A DNA stretch of 64,000 nt from an uncultured Prevotellaceae bacterium (GCA_947169265.1 CAMVPC010000016.1:3169-67168); one strand, 5' to 3'; positions 28,070-38,988 are shown, numbered from the stretch's first letter. Numbers and translations: made by a program. Notes: generated by a model not told the origin, from the sequence alone.

Positions 28070-29371
28070 TTAAGAGGGTTGAACAGTCCCAATTAGTTCG
28101 AAGGGGAGAGCCTCGGTTATGGTGACCGGGTAGAAATCGCCCACCGTGAGCTTGCGGTCTTTCTTGATGAGCACTTCGGGGTCGACCTCGGGCGAGTCAA
28201 ACTCGGTGCGTCCCACGTAATAGTCGGCCTCTTCACTATCGATAATAACACGCATCGTGGCGCCCACTTTGGCATTTTGTGTTTCTTGGGAGATGCTTGC
28301 TTGGCGCTCCATGAGCGTGTCGAGGCGACGTTGCTTCTCTTCGGCCGAAATCTCGTCGGAGTAGTGCGCGGCGGCATAGGTACCAGCTTCTTCACTGTAA
28401 GCAAAAGCGCCCATGCGCTCAAATCGCATTGTGTCGACAAATTCCAGGAGTTCCTCAAATTCCCGCTCGCCTTCGCCGGGAAAGCCCACCATAAGGGTGG
28501 TGCGCAGGTGAATGCCCGGCACCCGGTCGCGCATCGTGTGGATAAGGCGCTCGGTGGTGTCGCGGTCGATGCGCCGACGCATCTTGTCCAGCACGGTGTC
28601 GCTGCAGTGTTGCAGCGCGATGTCGAGATACTTGCACACGTTGTCGCGCCGCGCCATCACGTCCAGCAGGTCTAGCGGGAACTGAGTGGGGTAGGCGTAG
28701 TGCAATCTTATCCATTCCACGCCGGCGATGTCGGCCATGCGGTCGATGAGCTCGGGAAGCATCATGCGGCCCTCCAGGTCAAGACCATAGCTTGACAGGT
28801 CTTGGGCGATGACGTTAAATTCCTTTACCCCCGAGGCGGCAAGGCGGCGAACTTCGTTGAGTAACACCTCGGGCGGCACCGACTTGTGGCGCCCGGTAAT
28901 GAGGGGAATGGCGCAAAAGGCGCAAAACCGATTGCAACCCTCGCTCACCTTGAGGTAGGCATAGTGGGGTGGGGTGGTGAGGACCCGTTCGCTTGCCAGC
29001 TCGGGCAGGTATTTGTGCCCCAAGTCGTGAAGCATTTCGGTCCAGTTGAACTTGCCGTAGTAGCGGTCTACTTCGGGAATACTCTCCATCAAGTCGGCGG
29101 CAAAGCGCTCGCTTAAGCAACCCATGACGAAGAGTTTGCGCAACTTGCCCGCTTTCTTGGCCTCGCACAGCGACAGGATGGTGTCGATCGACTCCTCCTG
29201 TGAGTCGGCGATAAAACCGCAGGTGTTGACCACGACAATCTCGCCGTTGACACGTTGCGGGTTATGTTCGGTAGTGAAACCCTGCGCTTGGAGCTGGCGC
29301 AACAGGTGCTCGCTGTCGACGAGGTTCTTGCTGCAGCCCAGGGTGATGATGTCGACTTTGTTGCGTCGCAT
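28070..29371 (-). CDS. rimO: Ribosomal protein S12 methylthiotransferase
   Basis: LGCSKNLVDSE, NTCGFI, EGCNRFCAFC (radical SAM), and C-terminal TRAM domain with SPEVD. Confidence 0.95.
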   Translation of the reverse strand: MRRNKVDIITLGCSKNLVDSEHLLRQLQAQGFTTEHNPQRVNGEIVVVNTCGFIADSQEESIDTILSLCEAKKAGKLRKLFVMGCLSERFAADLMESIPEVDRYYGKFNWTEMLHDLGHKYLPELASERVLTTPPHYAYLKVSEGCNRFCAFCAIPLITGRHKSVPPEVLLNEVRRLAASGVKEFNVIAQDLSSYGLDLEGRMMLPELIDRMADIAGVEWIRLHYAYPTQFPLDLLDVMARRDNVCKYLDIALQHCSDTVLDKMRRRIDRDTTERLIHTMRDRVPGIHLRTTLMVGFPGEGEREFEELLEFVDTMRFERMGAFAYSEEAGTYAAAHYSDEISAEEKQRRLDTLMERQASISQETQNAKVGATMRVIIDSEEADYYVGRTEFDSPEVDPEVLIKKDRKLTVGDFYPVTITEALPFELIGTVQPS

Positions 29372-29377
29372 GCCTGC

Positions 29378-30334
29378 TTATTTGCCAAAGAGCGACTTGA
29401 CGAACTCCTCTTTGCGAAAAATTTGCAGGTCGGTGATGCCTTCGCCCAGCCCGATGTATTTGACCGGAATCTGGAACTGGTCGCTGATGCCAATCACCAC
29501 GCCGCCCTTGGCGGTGCCGTCGAGTTTGGTGATGGCTAGTGCGTTGACCTCGGTGGCGGCCACAAACTGCTTGGCTTGCTCAAAGGCGTTTTGCCCTGTG
29601 GAACCGTCAAGCACGAGCAAAATCTCGTTAGGTGCCGTATCGACCACTTTCTTCATCACGTTCTTGATTTTGGTGAGCTGGTTCATCAGCCCGATGTTAT
29701 TGTGCAGGCGGCCGGCGGTGTCGATAATCACCACGTCGGCGCCCTGGGCCTTGGCGCTGGCCACGGCGTCATAGGCCACACTGGCCGGGTCGGTACCCAT
29801 GTTATGCTTGATCACGGGCACGCCCACGCGCTGTCCCCAAATTTCAAGCTGTTCGTCGGCGGCGGCGCGATAAGTGTCGGCGGCACCGAGCACCACCTTG
29901 TTGCCGGCTTCTTTATATTGGTAGGCGAGTTTGCCTATTGTAGTGGTCTTGCCCACGCCGTTGACGCCCACAACCATGATGACGTATGGTTTCTTGTCGG
30001 CCGGCACGGTGAAGTCCTCGCGGTCGCTGTTGTCATTGTCGGCAAGCAGTTTGGTGATCTCGTAGCACAGCAGCTCGTTGAGTTCGGCTGTGCCTACATA
30101 TTTGTCGCGTGCCACGCGTTCTTGAATGCGGTCGAGAATTTTCAGTGTGGTATCAACACCTACGTCGCTGGTGACGAACACTTCCTCGAGGTTGTCGAGC
30201 ACATCGTCGTCGATTTTCGATTTCCCGGCCACAGCGCGCGTGAGCTTGGCGAAAAATCCTTCCTTTGTCTTGTTAAGCCCTTTGTCGAGCGTTTCTTTTT
30301 TCTCGCGTGAAAATATGTTCTTGAAAAATCCCAT
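29378..30334 (-). CDS. ftsY: Signal recognition particle receptor
   Basis: GVNGVGKTTTIGKLA, DTYRAAA, DTAGRLH, and TKLDGTAKGG motifs. Confidence 0.97.
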   Translation of the reverse strand: MGFFKNIFSREKKETLDKGLNKTKEGFFAKLTRAVAGKSKIDDDVLDNLEEVFVTSDVGVDTTLKILDRIQERVARDKYVGTAELNELLCYEITKLLADNDNSDREDFTVPADKKPYVIMVVGVNGVGKTTTIGKLAYQYKEAGNKVVLGAADTYRAAADEQLEIWGQRVGVPVIKHNMGTDPASVAYDAVASAKAQGADVVIIDTAGRLHNNIGLMNQLTKIKNVMKKVVDTAPNEILLVLDGSTGQNAFEQAKQFVAATEVNALAITKLDGTAKGGVVIGISDQFQIPVKYIGLGEGITDLQIFRKEEFVKSLFGK

Positions 30335-30384
30335 AGGTTGTAATTGATTGTTGTTCAGTTTGATGTTTTAATGATGGGGCCGCT

Positions 30385-31227
30385 TTACTTGAGTTGCTTG
30401 GTGGAGATGCGTCGAAGCACAAGCACCACGTTGTTGTCGCGATCGAGCAACTCGGTCTCGTTGTCGTTCTTCTTGCGGCAGTACATTGTTTCTTCCAGGG
30501 CGATGAGCACCTGCATATCAACATCGGCCGGTGGACAATTATCGAGCGATGCCTTGAGGTCTCCAAACTCAACGGCAAAGTCCTTGGTATGGTCAATGGT
30601 GACCACCCCGTTGATGATATTGCAGCCACTCGAGGCGTTGACGGTGAGCTGGTCCATGTCAATCACCAGTTTCACGTCTTTGCCGTTCACGCTGTTGCCG
30701 TTCACGCTCTTCACCATCCATGGGCCGGCCAGGAAGTCGAAGTTTTGCCGGCGGAGTACGAGCAACGCGGCGCCGTGCTTGCCGGTCAGGTGCAAGAAGT
30801 CCACGTCATTGACACGCGTGACGTAGAAGCCTTCCACGGCACGCAACGCGTCGTTGATTTCCTCCTCCACGGCAGTCCCGCTACACGACAATTCGGTGCT
30901 CGACAGCTCCTTGAATTTAATGTCGTTGCCTTTGAGCGTGAACGTGCCGTTGGTAGTGTTGCAGCCCGTGCAGGCAAATACTTGATTCTTGCGCGAGAAG
31001 TACAAGTACAGGTAAGCCCGTTCGGGGGTGCGTACCACTTTTTTGTTCACCAGCTCAATGTTCCACTCGCCACCAAGCTGGCGGCGGGCATCGGTGATGC
31101 GAAGCCGGTTCGTGGCCTCGTTTTTCTCCACTTTTTTCTCCTTTTTCTTCTTGGCAAATGTCTCAATGGGCGCTATGCCCAAGCTCAATGCCGCAATCAA
31201 AATAAAGGCTGTTATTCTTAATTTCAT
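30385..31227 (-). CDS. Exported protein with two META (HslJ-like) domains
   Basis: Signal peptide; two repeats of W.....V..K...GCN...G.........ST...C. Confidence 0.8.
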   Translation of the reverse strand: MKLRITAFILIAALSLGIAPIETFAKKKKEKKVEKNEATNRLRITDARRQLGGEWNIELVNKKVVRTPERAYLYLYFSRKNQVFACTGCNTTNGTFTLKGNDIKFKELSSTELSCSGTAVEEEINDALRAVEGFYVTRVNDVDFLHLTGKHGAALLVLRRQNFDFLAGPWMVKSVNGNSVNGKDVKLVIDMDQLTVNASSGCNIINGVVTIDHTKDFAVEFGDLKASLDNCPPADVDMQVLIALEETMYCRKKNDNETELLDRDNNVVLVLRRISTKQLK

Positions 31228-31359
31228 CGTGCTTTCGTTTAATTTTAGCTAACAAAATTCGTAAAAAATTCTTAAACCCACAAATTCTTTCTATTCTTTT
31301 AAGAAAATAACGTAATTTTGTCAGGCGAATTAAGAACATTCAACATTATATCATCAATC

Positions 31360-32442
31360 ATGTCACAACAAATGAACAATAACGCGCTTACTATGTCGGG
31401 ACTCGATCCCGCCCGTTTTAACGCCACTGTCGATGGCAAACCGGTGAAGCTTTTTGTGCTCACCAATGCCCGCGGTGCCGAGGCTTGTATCATCAACTAC
31501 GGTGGCCGTGTGGTCTCGCTCATGGTGCCCGACCGCGATGGCCGCATGACCGACGTTGAACTCGGTTATGACAATATCGACGACTATGTGAACAACGACG
31601 GCAACTATGGCGCACTCATCGGGCGTTACGGTAACCGCATCGGCAACGCGCGTTTCACGCTCGACGGCGTTACCTATGAACTGCCTGTCAACAATGGTCC
31701 TCATTGTCTCCACGGTGGCCCTAAGGGCTTCGATAAGCTCGTGTGGGACGCTTGCCTTGAAGGCAATAGTCGCCTGGTGCTTACGTTGCTCAGCCCCGAT
31801 GGCGATGCCGGCTTTCCCGGAAACTTGAATGTGAAAGTGACCTATACGCTCACCGACGAGAATGCCCTCGATATAGAATATGAGGCTACAACCGACGCCC
31901 CCACAGTGGTGAACCTAACCAACCACTCCTATTTCAACCTCAATGGCGACCTCTCGAGCTCAATCCACAACCACGAGGTGATGATCGACGCCAACGTCAT
32001 CACGCCCAGCGATGAAACGCTCATCACCGATGGCTCGATGCGCAACATCCTGGGCTCACCCCTCGACTTCACCACAGCCAAGCCGCTGGGACGCGACATC
32101 AATGCTCCTTATGACCAACTTATCAATGGCAACGGGTATGACCAAAACTTTGTACTCAATAATCGTGGTAATATAAATAAGGTGGCAGCCACCTGCTATT
32201 CGCCTGTGACGGGAATCAAAATGGAAATCCTCACCAGTGAGCCCGGTCTGCAAATCTATACCGGCAATTTCCTCGATGGACAGCCCGGAAAGCATGGTGT
32301 GCCTTACCCCGAGCGCTCGGCAGTGGCCTTCGAGACGCAACATTACCCCAACACACCCAATTGTCCATCTTATCCGCCGTGCGAACTCCGACCGGGAGAG
32401 ATTTACCGCACGCGCACCATTTATCGTTTCACGGTGGCTTGA
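31360..32442 (+). CDS. galM: Aldose 1-epimerase (mutarotase)
   Basis: GRYGNRI, LHGG, NLTNHSYFNL, YDQNF, and AFETQHYP motifs. The start was moved to ATG 31360 because 31313-31320 is a TAATTTTG promoter element. Confidence 0.93.
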   Translation: MSQQMNNNALTMSGLDPARFNATVDGKPVKLFVLTNARGAEACIINYGGRVVSLMVPDRDGRMTDVELGYDNIDDYVNNDGNYGALIGRYGNRIGNARFTLDGVTYELPVNNGPHCLHGGPKGFDKLVWDACLEGNSRLVLTLLSPDGDAGFPGNLNVKVTYTLTDENALDIEYEATTDAPTVVNLTNHSYFNLNGDLSSSIHNHEVMIDANVITPSDETLITDGSMRNILGSPLDFTTAKPLGRDINAPYDQLINGNGYDQNFVLNNRGNINKVAATCYSPVTGIKMEILTSEPGLQIYTGNFLDGQPGKHGVPYPERSAVAFETQHYPNTPNCPSYPPCELRPGEIYRTRTIYRFTVA

Positions 32443-32446
32443 TATA

Positions 32447-34528
32447 ATGCCAGCTACCATTTTCACAGTACCACGTCGCATGGCAACCTTGGTTGCCATG
32501 CTGCTGTGTGCTGTGATGTCATCGGCCCAAATCAATACCGACCAGGTGATGAAAATTGGGCGCAACGCTCTGTATTTTGAGGATTATATCCTCTCGATAC
32601 AGTATTTTAACCAAGTGGTTGAGGCTAAGCCCTATCTTGCTGAACCCTATTTTTATCGTGCTGTGGCCAAGCTGAGCCTCGATGATTTCAAGGGTGCCGA
32701 GCAGGACGCCTCGCTGTGTATCGACCGCAACCCGTTTATAGTCGATGCCTATCAGGTGCGCGGCGTAGCCCGTCAAAACACCGGGCGTTTCGACCTTGCC
32801 GTCGGCGACTACGACAAAGGCCTGAATCTCATGCCCGAAGATAAAATATTGCTCTACAACAAAGCGATGTGCCACACCGAACTTAAGCAATTCGATGAGG
32901 CGCAAGCCGCTTTCGACCGCTTGAGTCATCTCGACAGTAAGAGCGACAAAGCTGCTCTGGGAATGGCCCGTCTTAACCTCTTGCGGGCCGACACCGTGAA
33001 GGCCCTTGAGCAACTTGGCCGCTCGATAGAATTGAACAAAAACAATGTCACGGCCTTTGCGATGCGAAGCGAGGTGGAGATGCGTCAGCAGGACTATGCG
33101 CGAGCTCAAGCCGATATGGACGAGGCTATCAAACTCGACCCGCAGTACGCTGGTTACTTCGTCAACCGCGCTTTCATGAAGTATAAGCAGGACGACTATT
33201 ATGGCGCCATGGCCGACTATGACTATGCCTTGAGTATATCGCCCGACGACATGGCGGCGCACTACAACCGCGCCATGCTCAGCGCCGAGGTGGGCGATAT
33301 GCAACGTGCTATTGATGACTTCTCGTGGGTGTTGAAGCGGGAGCCCGACAACACCCTGGCGCGCTATAACCGCGCCATGCTCTATGTCAACACGGGCCAT
33401 TATCGTGAGGCTATTGCCGACTATGACCGGGTGCTTGAGAAATACCCCAAATTCGAGGCCGGATACATGGCGCGCAGCGAGGCGCGACGGCGCATGGGCG
33501 ACGCACGTGGTGGTGAACGCGACCTCAATATGGCCGTCAACATCATGAAGCGCAAGGGGGTGCATCGCAGCGACTATAATCCTGTCATCGACGAGGCCGG
33601 ACAGGCACGTCAAAAGGCCGATGATGATTTCGCGGCCGAAGCCGAGAGCGAAGACGAAATCATGAGCCGATTCAACGACCTGCTCACCGTCGAAACCACC
33701 CACGAAAGCAAGCCCGAGTATGCTAACCGCTCTCGCGGTCACATCCAGAATACCAATTTCGACATCAAGCCCGAGGGCATGTTTGTCCTCTCTTATTATA
33801 ATAACGATAACAAGCTCAACGGAAAAACGCATTTCATGAACGAAATGCTTGAGGTCAACGAAATGAGGCAACTGCCGGCCAACCTTGTACTCGTGCCCGA
33901 TGGCAAGAAACTGGACGAGGAGGAGATTGGCAAGCGATTTGCAAGCATTCACTACTACGACGGTATGCTCGCTACCGCGAAACCACGGCCCATCGACCTG
34001 CTGGCGCGAGCCGTTGATTACCTGCTTGTGAAGAATCCGCAGGCTGCCGTCGCCGATGCCTCACGAGCCATTGAGCTGGCGCCCGATTTCTCGTTGGCCT
34101 ATTTCCTGCGTGCCAATGCCGAGGTGCTCGGCTACCAGATGGCCACAAGCGCTATCGCCGATGAGGCTACACCCACCACCACGCCACAAGACCAAGCGGC
34201 CATGATGCTGCGCGAACGCGAAGCGGCACAGGCGCTCAAAGATGCCCTGGCCGACATCGGGCAGGTGCTCAAATTCTCTCCCCGAAATGTGTATGCCCAC
34301 TACGACCGTGGATATGTTTATTTGTTGCTGAACGACTATACCGAGGCCATCAGCGCTTTCTCAAAGGCCATTGAGCTTAAGCCCGACCTGGGTGAGGCAT
34401 ATTATAATCGCGGACTCATGTACCTGCGCATGGGCAACAAGGAAATGGGAATGAATGACTTGAGCAAAGCGGGTGAATTGGGTGTATTACCAAGTTATAA
34501 TGTGCTTAAACGCATGAACAGGAGATGA
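32447..34528 (+). CDS. Exported tetratricopeptide-repeat protein
   Basis: Signal-like N-terminus and many TPR repeats (A..Y..RA/G..AI.DY..A..L.P). The track start at 32237 overlaps galM, so ATG 32447 was used. Confidence 0.88.
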   Translation: MPATIFTVPRRMATLVAMLLCAVMSSAQINTDQVMKIGRNALYFEDYILSIQYFNQVVEAKPYLAEPYFYRAVAKLSLDDFKGAEQDASLCIDRNPFIVDAYQVRGVARQNTGRFDLAVGDYDKGLNLMPEDKILLYNKAMCHTELKQFDEAQAAFDRLSHLDSKSDKAALGMARLNLLRADTVKALEQLGRSIELNKNNVTAFAMRSEVEMRQQDYARAQADMDEAIKLDPQYAGYFVNRAFMKYKQDDYYGAMADYDYALSISPDDMAAHYNRAMLSAEVGDMQRAIDDFSWVLKREPDNTLARYNRAMLYVNTGHYREAIADYDRVLEKYPKFEAGYMARSEARRRMGDARGGERDLNMAVNIMKRKGVHRSDYNPVIDEAGQARQKADDDFAAEAESEDEIMSRFNDLLTVETTHESKPEYANRSRGHIQNTNFDIKPEGMFVLSYYNNDNKLNGKTHFMNEMLEVNEMRQLPANLVLVPDGKKLDEEEIGKRFASIHYYDGMLATAKPRPIDLLARAVDYLLVKNPQAAVADASRAIELAPDFSLAYFLRANAEVLGYQMATSAIADEATPTTTPQDQAAMMLREREAAQALKDALADIGQVLKFSPRNVYAHYDRGYVYLLLNDYTEAISAFSKAIELKPDLGEAYYNRGLMYLRMGNKEMGMNDLSKAGELGVLPSYNVLKRMNRR

Positions 34529-36387
34529 CCATGGACGTCCGCATTAACGCCTCACACCACGTCGAAGGGCAATGGTTGCCCACCACGCGAAAAGAAATGG
34601 AACATCTGGGCTGGGAACAGGCCGACGTGATTCTTTTCACCGGTGATGCCTACATTGACCACCCTTCGATGGGAGTGGCGGTCATTGGGCGTGTGCTTGA
34701 AGCGCATGGCTTCAAGGTGGCCGTGGTGCCACAGCCAAACTGGCGCGACGACCTGCGCGACTTCAAGAAACTGGGGGCGCCGCGACTTTTCTTCGGCGTG
34801 AGTGCAGGTGCTATGGATTCTATGGTGAACCACTACACGGCGGCGCGCAGGCGGCGCAGTGACGACGCTTACACGCCTGGCGGCCGTGCCGGTGCGCGTC
34901 CCGACTATCCTACCATCGTCTATTCGCGAATCCTACGCAAACTTTTCCCCGACGTACCCATCGTAGCGGGCGGCATCGAGGCCTCATTGCGGCGTCTTAG
35001 TCATTACGACTACTGGCAGGATGCGTTGCGGCCGTCTATTTTGACGCTTTGTGACGCCGATATTATTACTTACGGCATGGGTGAAATAGCCACTATCACC
35101 ATCGCCGAGCGGCTGGCGGCGGGAACGGCAGTGGCCCAACTGGTGGATATTCCCCAAACAGTGGTGCGGCAACCGCTCGAAATGGTGCCGCCCGCAACCG
35201 ACCGGAATAATGTGGTGCTCCACTCCTTTGACGAGTGTCTTGCCTCGAAACGTTGCCAGGCCCAGAACTTTATGCACATCGAGGTGGAGAGCAACCGCTG
35301 GCTGGGACGCACCTTGTGGCAGGTGACCGGCAAGCTGGCGATTAGGGTGAACCCCATGAACCCGCCCATGTCCACCGAGCAAATTGATGCTTCGTTCGAC
35401 CTGCCCTATACGCGCCTTCCTCACCCGCGATATCGGGGAAAACGCATCCCGGCTTACGAGATGATACGCCACTCGGTGACGTTGCACCGTGGCTGCTTTG
35501 GTGGTTGCGCGTTTTGCACCATCAGTGCCCATCAAGGAAAATTTATAGCCTCGCGAAGCAAGGAGTCAATACTGCGTGAGGTGCGACAAGTGGTGAAAAT
35601 GCCCGATTTCAAGGGGTATATCAGCGACTTGGGAGGCCCCAGCGCCAATATGTATGCCATGCATGGACACGACTTGGAACGATGCCGTCGTTGCGCGCGT
35701 CCCTCATGCCTTCACCCTCAGCCGTGCCCCAATCTCAACAGTGACCACGGCCCGTTGCTCGATGTGTACCATGCCGTCGACGCCATAAAAGAGGTCAAAA
35801 AATCGTTTGTGGGCAGTGGCGTGCGTTACGACCTGTCGATGCACAAGACGGGTGACCCGCAGGTGGATCGCGTCAACGCGCAATATAATAAGGAACTCAT
35901 TTGTCACCATGTGTCGGGACGGCTCAAAGTGGCGCCCGAACACACCAGCGACCATGTGCTTGAGGTGATGCGCAAGCCGTCGTTCGAACTTTTTATCCGC
36001 TTCAAGCGGCTCTTTGACCGGCTCAACGAGCGGCATGGTCTGCGACAACAGCTCATCCCCTATTTCATTTCGTCACACCCCGCCTGTACCGAGGCCGATA
36101 TGGCCGAGCTTGCCGCCATTACCCGTGACCTTAACTTCCACCTTGAGCAAGTGCAGGATTTCACGCCCACGCCCATGACTGTGGCTACCGAAATCTACTA
36201 TACCGGCCTTCATCCTTACACGCTGCAACCGCTGTTCACCGCCCATGGCAAGGACGAAAAGGAGAACCAGCGCAAGTACTTCTTTTGGTACGACAAATCA
36301 AAAAAACGCGACATCGTGGCTTCGTTGCGGCGCATGCGCCGATTCGACCTCATCGACCGGCTATACGGCTCGGGACGCCACTATTAG
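34525..36387 (+). CDS. ygiQ: YgiQ/UPF0313 radical SAM protein
   Basis: GDAYIDHPS, QPNW, RGCFGGCAFC, KVAPEH, and QVQDFTPTP motifs. Confidence 0.92.
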   Translation: MTMDVRINASHHVEGQWLPTTRKEMEHLGWEQADVILFTGDAYIDHPSMGVAVIGRVLEAHGFKVAVVPQPNWRDDLRDFKKLGAPRLFFGVSAGAMDSMVNHYTAARRRRSDDAYTPGGRAGARPDYPTIVYSRILRKLFPDVPIVAGGIEASLRRLSHYDYWQDALRPSILTLCDADIITYGMGEIATITIAERLAAGTAVAQLVDIPQTVVRQPLEMVPPATDRNNVVLHSFDECLASKRCQAQNFMHIEVESNRWLGRTLWQVTGKLAIRVNPMNPPMSTEQIDASFDLPYTRLPHPRYRGKRIPAYEMIRHSVTLHRGCFGGCAFCTISAHQGKFIASRSKESILREVRQVVKMPDFKGYISDLGGPSANMYAMHGHDLERCRRCARPSCLHPQPCPNLNSDHGPLLDVYHAVDAIKEVKKSFVGSGVRYDLSMHKTGDPQVDRVNAQYNKELICHHVSGRLKVAPEHTSDHVLEVMRKPSFELFIRFKRLFDRLNERHGLRQQLIPYFISSHPACTEADMAELAAITRDLNFHLEQVQDFTPTPMTVATEIYYTGLHPYTLQPLFTAHGKDEKENQRKYFFWYDKSKKRDIVASLRRMRRFDLIDRLYGSGRHY

Positions 36388-36496
36388 TGCCGGAATAGGT
36401 ATATTTATTGCATAAACCATGTTTTTTGGCGATAAAAAACTTTTTAGGGACCCAAAAGTTGCGTGTTTGTCGCCTTTTTACTATCTTTGCACAACA

Positions 36497-36773
36497 ATGA
36501 CGCATCACAGCTGATAGTTCTTTGAAACAATGATATCATCCACATCAAAGCTGATTGGGATACTCTTCAAATTATTATGAAATGCCGAGACCGGTGTTCA
36601 TACTAATGGCGGGCCTCGACCGGCAACGGTGTCTTCGCGACCGGAGGATTACAAAGGTATGAACGCTCTCAAATCCTGTCTTTTTCGGAGTTTCATCACA
36701 TCCCTTTGGTGTGGATTTCTCATCATGACGTGCCACAATGAGTAGCTACACTCTTGTGGCACGTTATTTTTTT
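36497..36773 (+). ncRNA. Structured small RNA, probable 6S/Bacteroidales-1-like
   Basis: Own promoter (GTTG 36458-61, TATCTTTG 36482-89); nested long-range stems 36538-50/36704-16, 36577-90/36683-96 and 36594-603/36657-66; strong terminator at the end; no credible ORF. Confidence 0.7.
36728..36773 (+). terminator. Intrinsic terminator of the ncRNA
   Basis: acgtgccacaa/ttgtggcacgt 11-bp stem followed by T7. Confidence 0.85.
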
Positions 36774-36910
36774 GGGAAGATTTCTCAAAAAAAAAAGTAA
36801 AAAGTGCTTGCATGATAAAAAAAATGGCTATCTTTGGGGTTAAATTGAAATCACGAGGCAATGACCTCTCTATATTGGGGAGCGATGAGTCTTAAAAAAA
36901 CAATGAATTT

Positions 36911-38860
36911 ATGGAAACGCGTGACATGAACGAAAAGCTTGAGAACAATGTGTCTCAGAACGCTGAACAAACCGCGCCCGTCGTGGACAACAGCGCTGTA
37001 GAGAATGATGAAGTAGTGGCTGAAGAACAAGCCGCTCAGGTTAGCGAACAAGTGAAGGAAGCTCCGGTCGAGACTCCCGCGGTCGAACAATCCGCGCCCG
37101 AAGAACCTGTCGTGCAGGAACCCGTGCAAGACGAGCCGGCTCGAGACCCCATCGACTACGCTTCGCTGGGCAAGGACGAACTTGTCGAGGAGTTGAGGAA
37201 ACTCTCCGAGCGCGCCGTCGAGTCGATTAAAGACGAGGTGACGCAGGTCAAGGCTGCTTTCTACGCCATTCGCAAGGATGAGGTGGCCGCCGAGAAAGCC
37301 GCTTTCCTTGAGAAGGGGAACGAGGAAGCCGCGTTCGCTCCTCTCGACGATGATGCCGAAACCACTTTCAAGGAACTACTGAATGTAATCAAGGAAAAGC
37401 GCGCCGAGCTTGTGGCCGCGCGCGAGAACGTCAAGCGTGAGAATTTAGAGAAGAAAACCAATATCATTGAGAGCATCAACAGGCTCACCGACGATCCCGA
37501 CAACATCAATCGCCAGTACAGCAAGCTCCAGCAGCTGCAACAAGAGTTCAAAGCGGTGGGTGAAGTGCCCGCTACCGATGCCACCGATGTGTGGAAAAAC
37601 TATCAGAAGGCCGTCGAAAAGTTCTACGACTTGCTTAAGATGAACAAGGAGCTGCGCGACTACGATTTCAAGAAGAACCTCGAAATCAAGCAGCAGCTTT
37701 GTGCCGAGGCCGAGGCGCTCGACGACGAGCCCGACGTGGTGGCGGCTTTCAAGAAGTTGCAGGACTTGCATACCAACTGGCGTGAGACCGGGCCAGTGGC
37801 CAAAGACCTGCGCGAAGACTTGTGGGCGCGCTTCAAGAACGCTTCGTCGGTCGTCAATAAGAAGTATCAAGCTTTCTTCGAGGAACGAAAGGCCAACGAG
37901 AAGATGAACGCCGACGCTAAGGAGGCGCTGTGTGAGCGCATCGAGCAAATAAGCACCGAGAATCTCAAGAGCTATGCCGCATGGGATGAGGTTACCAAGC
38001 AAATCATCGGCCTGCAAGACGAATGGAAAAAACTGGGCTTCGCCTCGCGTCGTCTCAATAACGAACTCTTTACACGTTTCCGTAAAAAATGCGACGAATT
38101 TTTTGCGCAAAAAGCTGAGTTCTTCAAGAAAATGAAAGAGGACCTCGCCGCAAACCTCGCCCGCAAGAACGAATTATGTGAAAAGGCCGAGGCTCTCAAG
38201 GATTCTACCGACTGGAAAGCCACTACCGATGCCCTCGTGGCACTGCAAAAGGAATGGAAAACCATCGGGCCGGTGTCGAAGAAGCACAGCGATGCCGTGT
38301 GGAAACGTTTCATCACCGCATGCGACTCGTTCTTCGAGCAAAAGAAGAAACAAACCTCGGGTACGCGCGCGGCCGAACACGAAAACCTCAAGGCCAAGAA
38401 GGCCATCATTGCCAAACTTAAAGAAATTTTTGCCGCCGATGAGACGCCCGAGGACGCTCCGCAACAAGTGCGTAACCTCATGGACGAGTGGCAGCAAATA
38501 GGCCACGTGCCCTACAAGGAGAAAGATAAACTCTATGCCGCTTACCGCGAGCTGATTGATAAGGCATTTGACGAACTCGACATGCGCGGCACGCGTGCCC
38601 GCATGGCTCACTTTGAACGCTCGGTGCGTGAGATGGACGGCAACGGAGACAAGATGTCGCGCGAACGTGAGCGTCTCGTGCGCGCTTACGAGCAAAAGTG
38701 CGGTGAACTCAAGACCTACGAGAATAATATGGGCTTCTTCAGCGCGCGCAGTAAAGACGGCAATTCCATCGTCAAGGAGATGGAGCGCAAAATCGCCAAC
38801 CTCAAGGAAGAGATTGTGGCACTTGAGCAAAAAATTAAAATCCTCGACGAGAATGCTTGA
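36911..38860 (+). CDS. DUF349 domain protein
   Basis: Acidic low-complexity N-terminus then repeated NL..K..LCE.AE.L....W......L...Q..WK..GPV units. TATCTTTG promoter at 36829-36. Confidence 0.9.
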   Translation: METRDMNEKLENNVSQNAEQTAPVVDNSAVENDEVVAEEQAAQVSEQVKEAPVETPAVEQSAPEEPVVQEPVQDEPARDPIDYASLGKDELVEELRKLSERAVESIKDEVTQVKAAFYAIRKDEVAAEKAAFLEKGNEEAAFAPLDDDAETTFKELLNVIKEKRAELVAARENVKRENLEKKTNIIESINRLTDDPDNINRQYSKLQQLQQEFKAVGEVPATDATDVWKNYQKAVEKFYDLLKMNKELRDYDFKKNLEIKQQLCAEAEALDDEPDVVAAFKKLQDLHTNWRETGPVAKDLREDLWARFKNASSVVNKKYQAFFEERKANEKMNADAKEALCERIEQISTENLKSYAAWDEVTKQIIGLQDEWKKLGFASRRLNNELFTRFRKKCDEFFAQKAEFFKKMKEDLAANLARKNELCEKAEALKDSTDWKATTDALVALQKEWKTIGPVSKKHSDAVWKRFITACDSFFEQKKKQTSGTRAAEHENLKAKKAIIAKLKEIFAADETPEDAPQQVRNLMDEWQQIGHVPYKEKDKLYAAYRELIDKAFDELDMRGTRARMAHFERSVREMDGNGDKMSRERERLVRAYEQKCGELKTYENNMGFFSARSKDGNSIVKEMERKIANLKEEIVALEQKIKILDENA

Positions 38861-38988
38861 GGAATATTTGGTTAAACTTGAATAAACTTGATTCACTCCC
38901 CATCGGCATCATCAGCGATGCGGGTGGGGAGTGATTTCGTTTTCGGGTGGGCGGCACGCGATTGCCGCCTGCCTACAGCACTTGCCAG

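Noticed and set aside
32519-33952. 477-aa ORF antisense to the TPR gene
   Set aside because: Shadow ORF from codon bias; no recognisable domain.
36787-36796. A10 tract as a phase-variation switch for DUF349
   Set aside because: It lies upstream of the -33 element rather than in the spacer or CDS, so it is more consistent with an AT-rich UP region.
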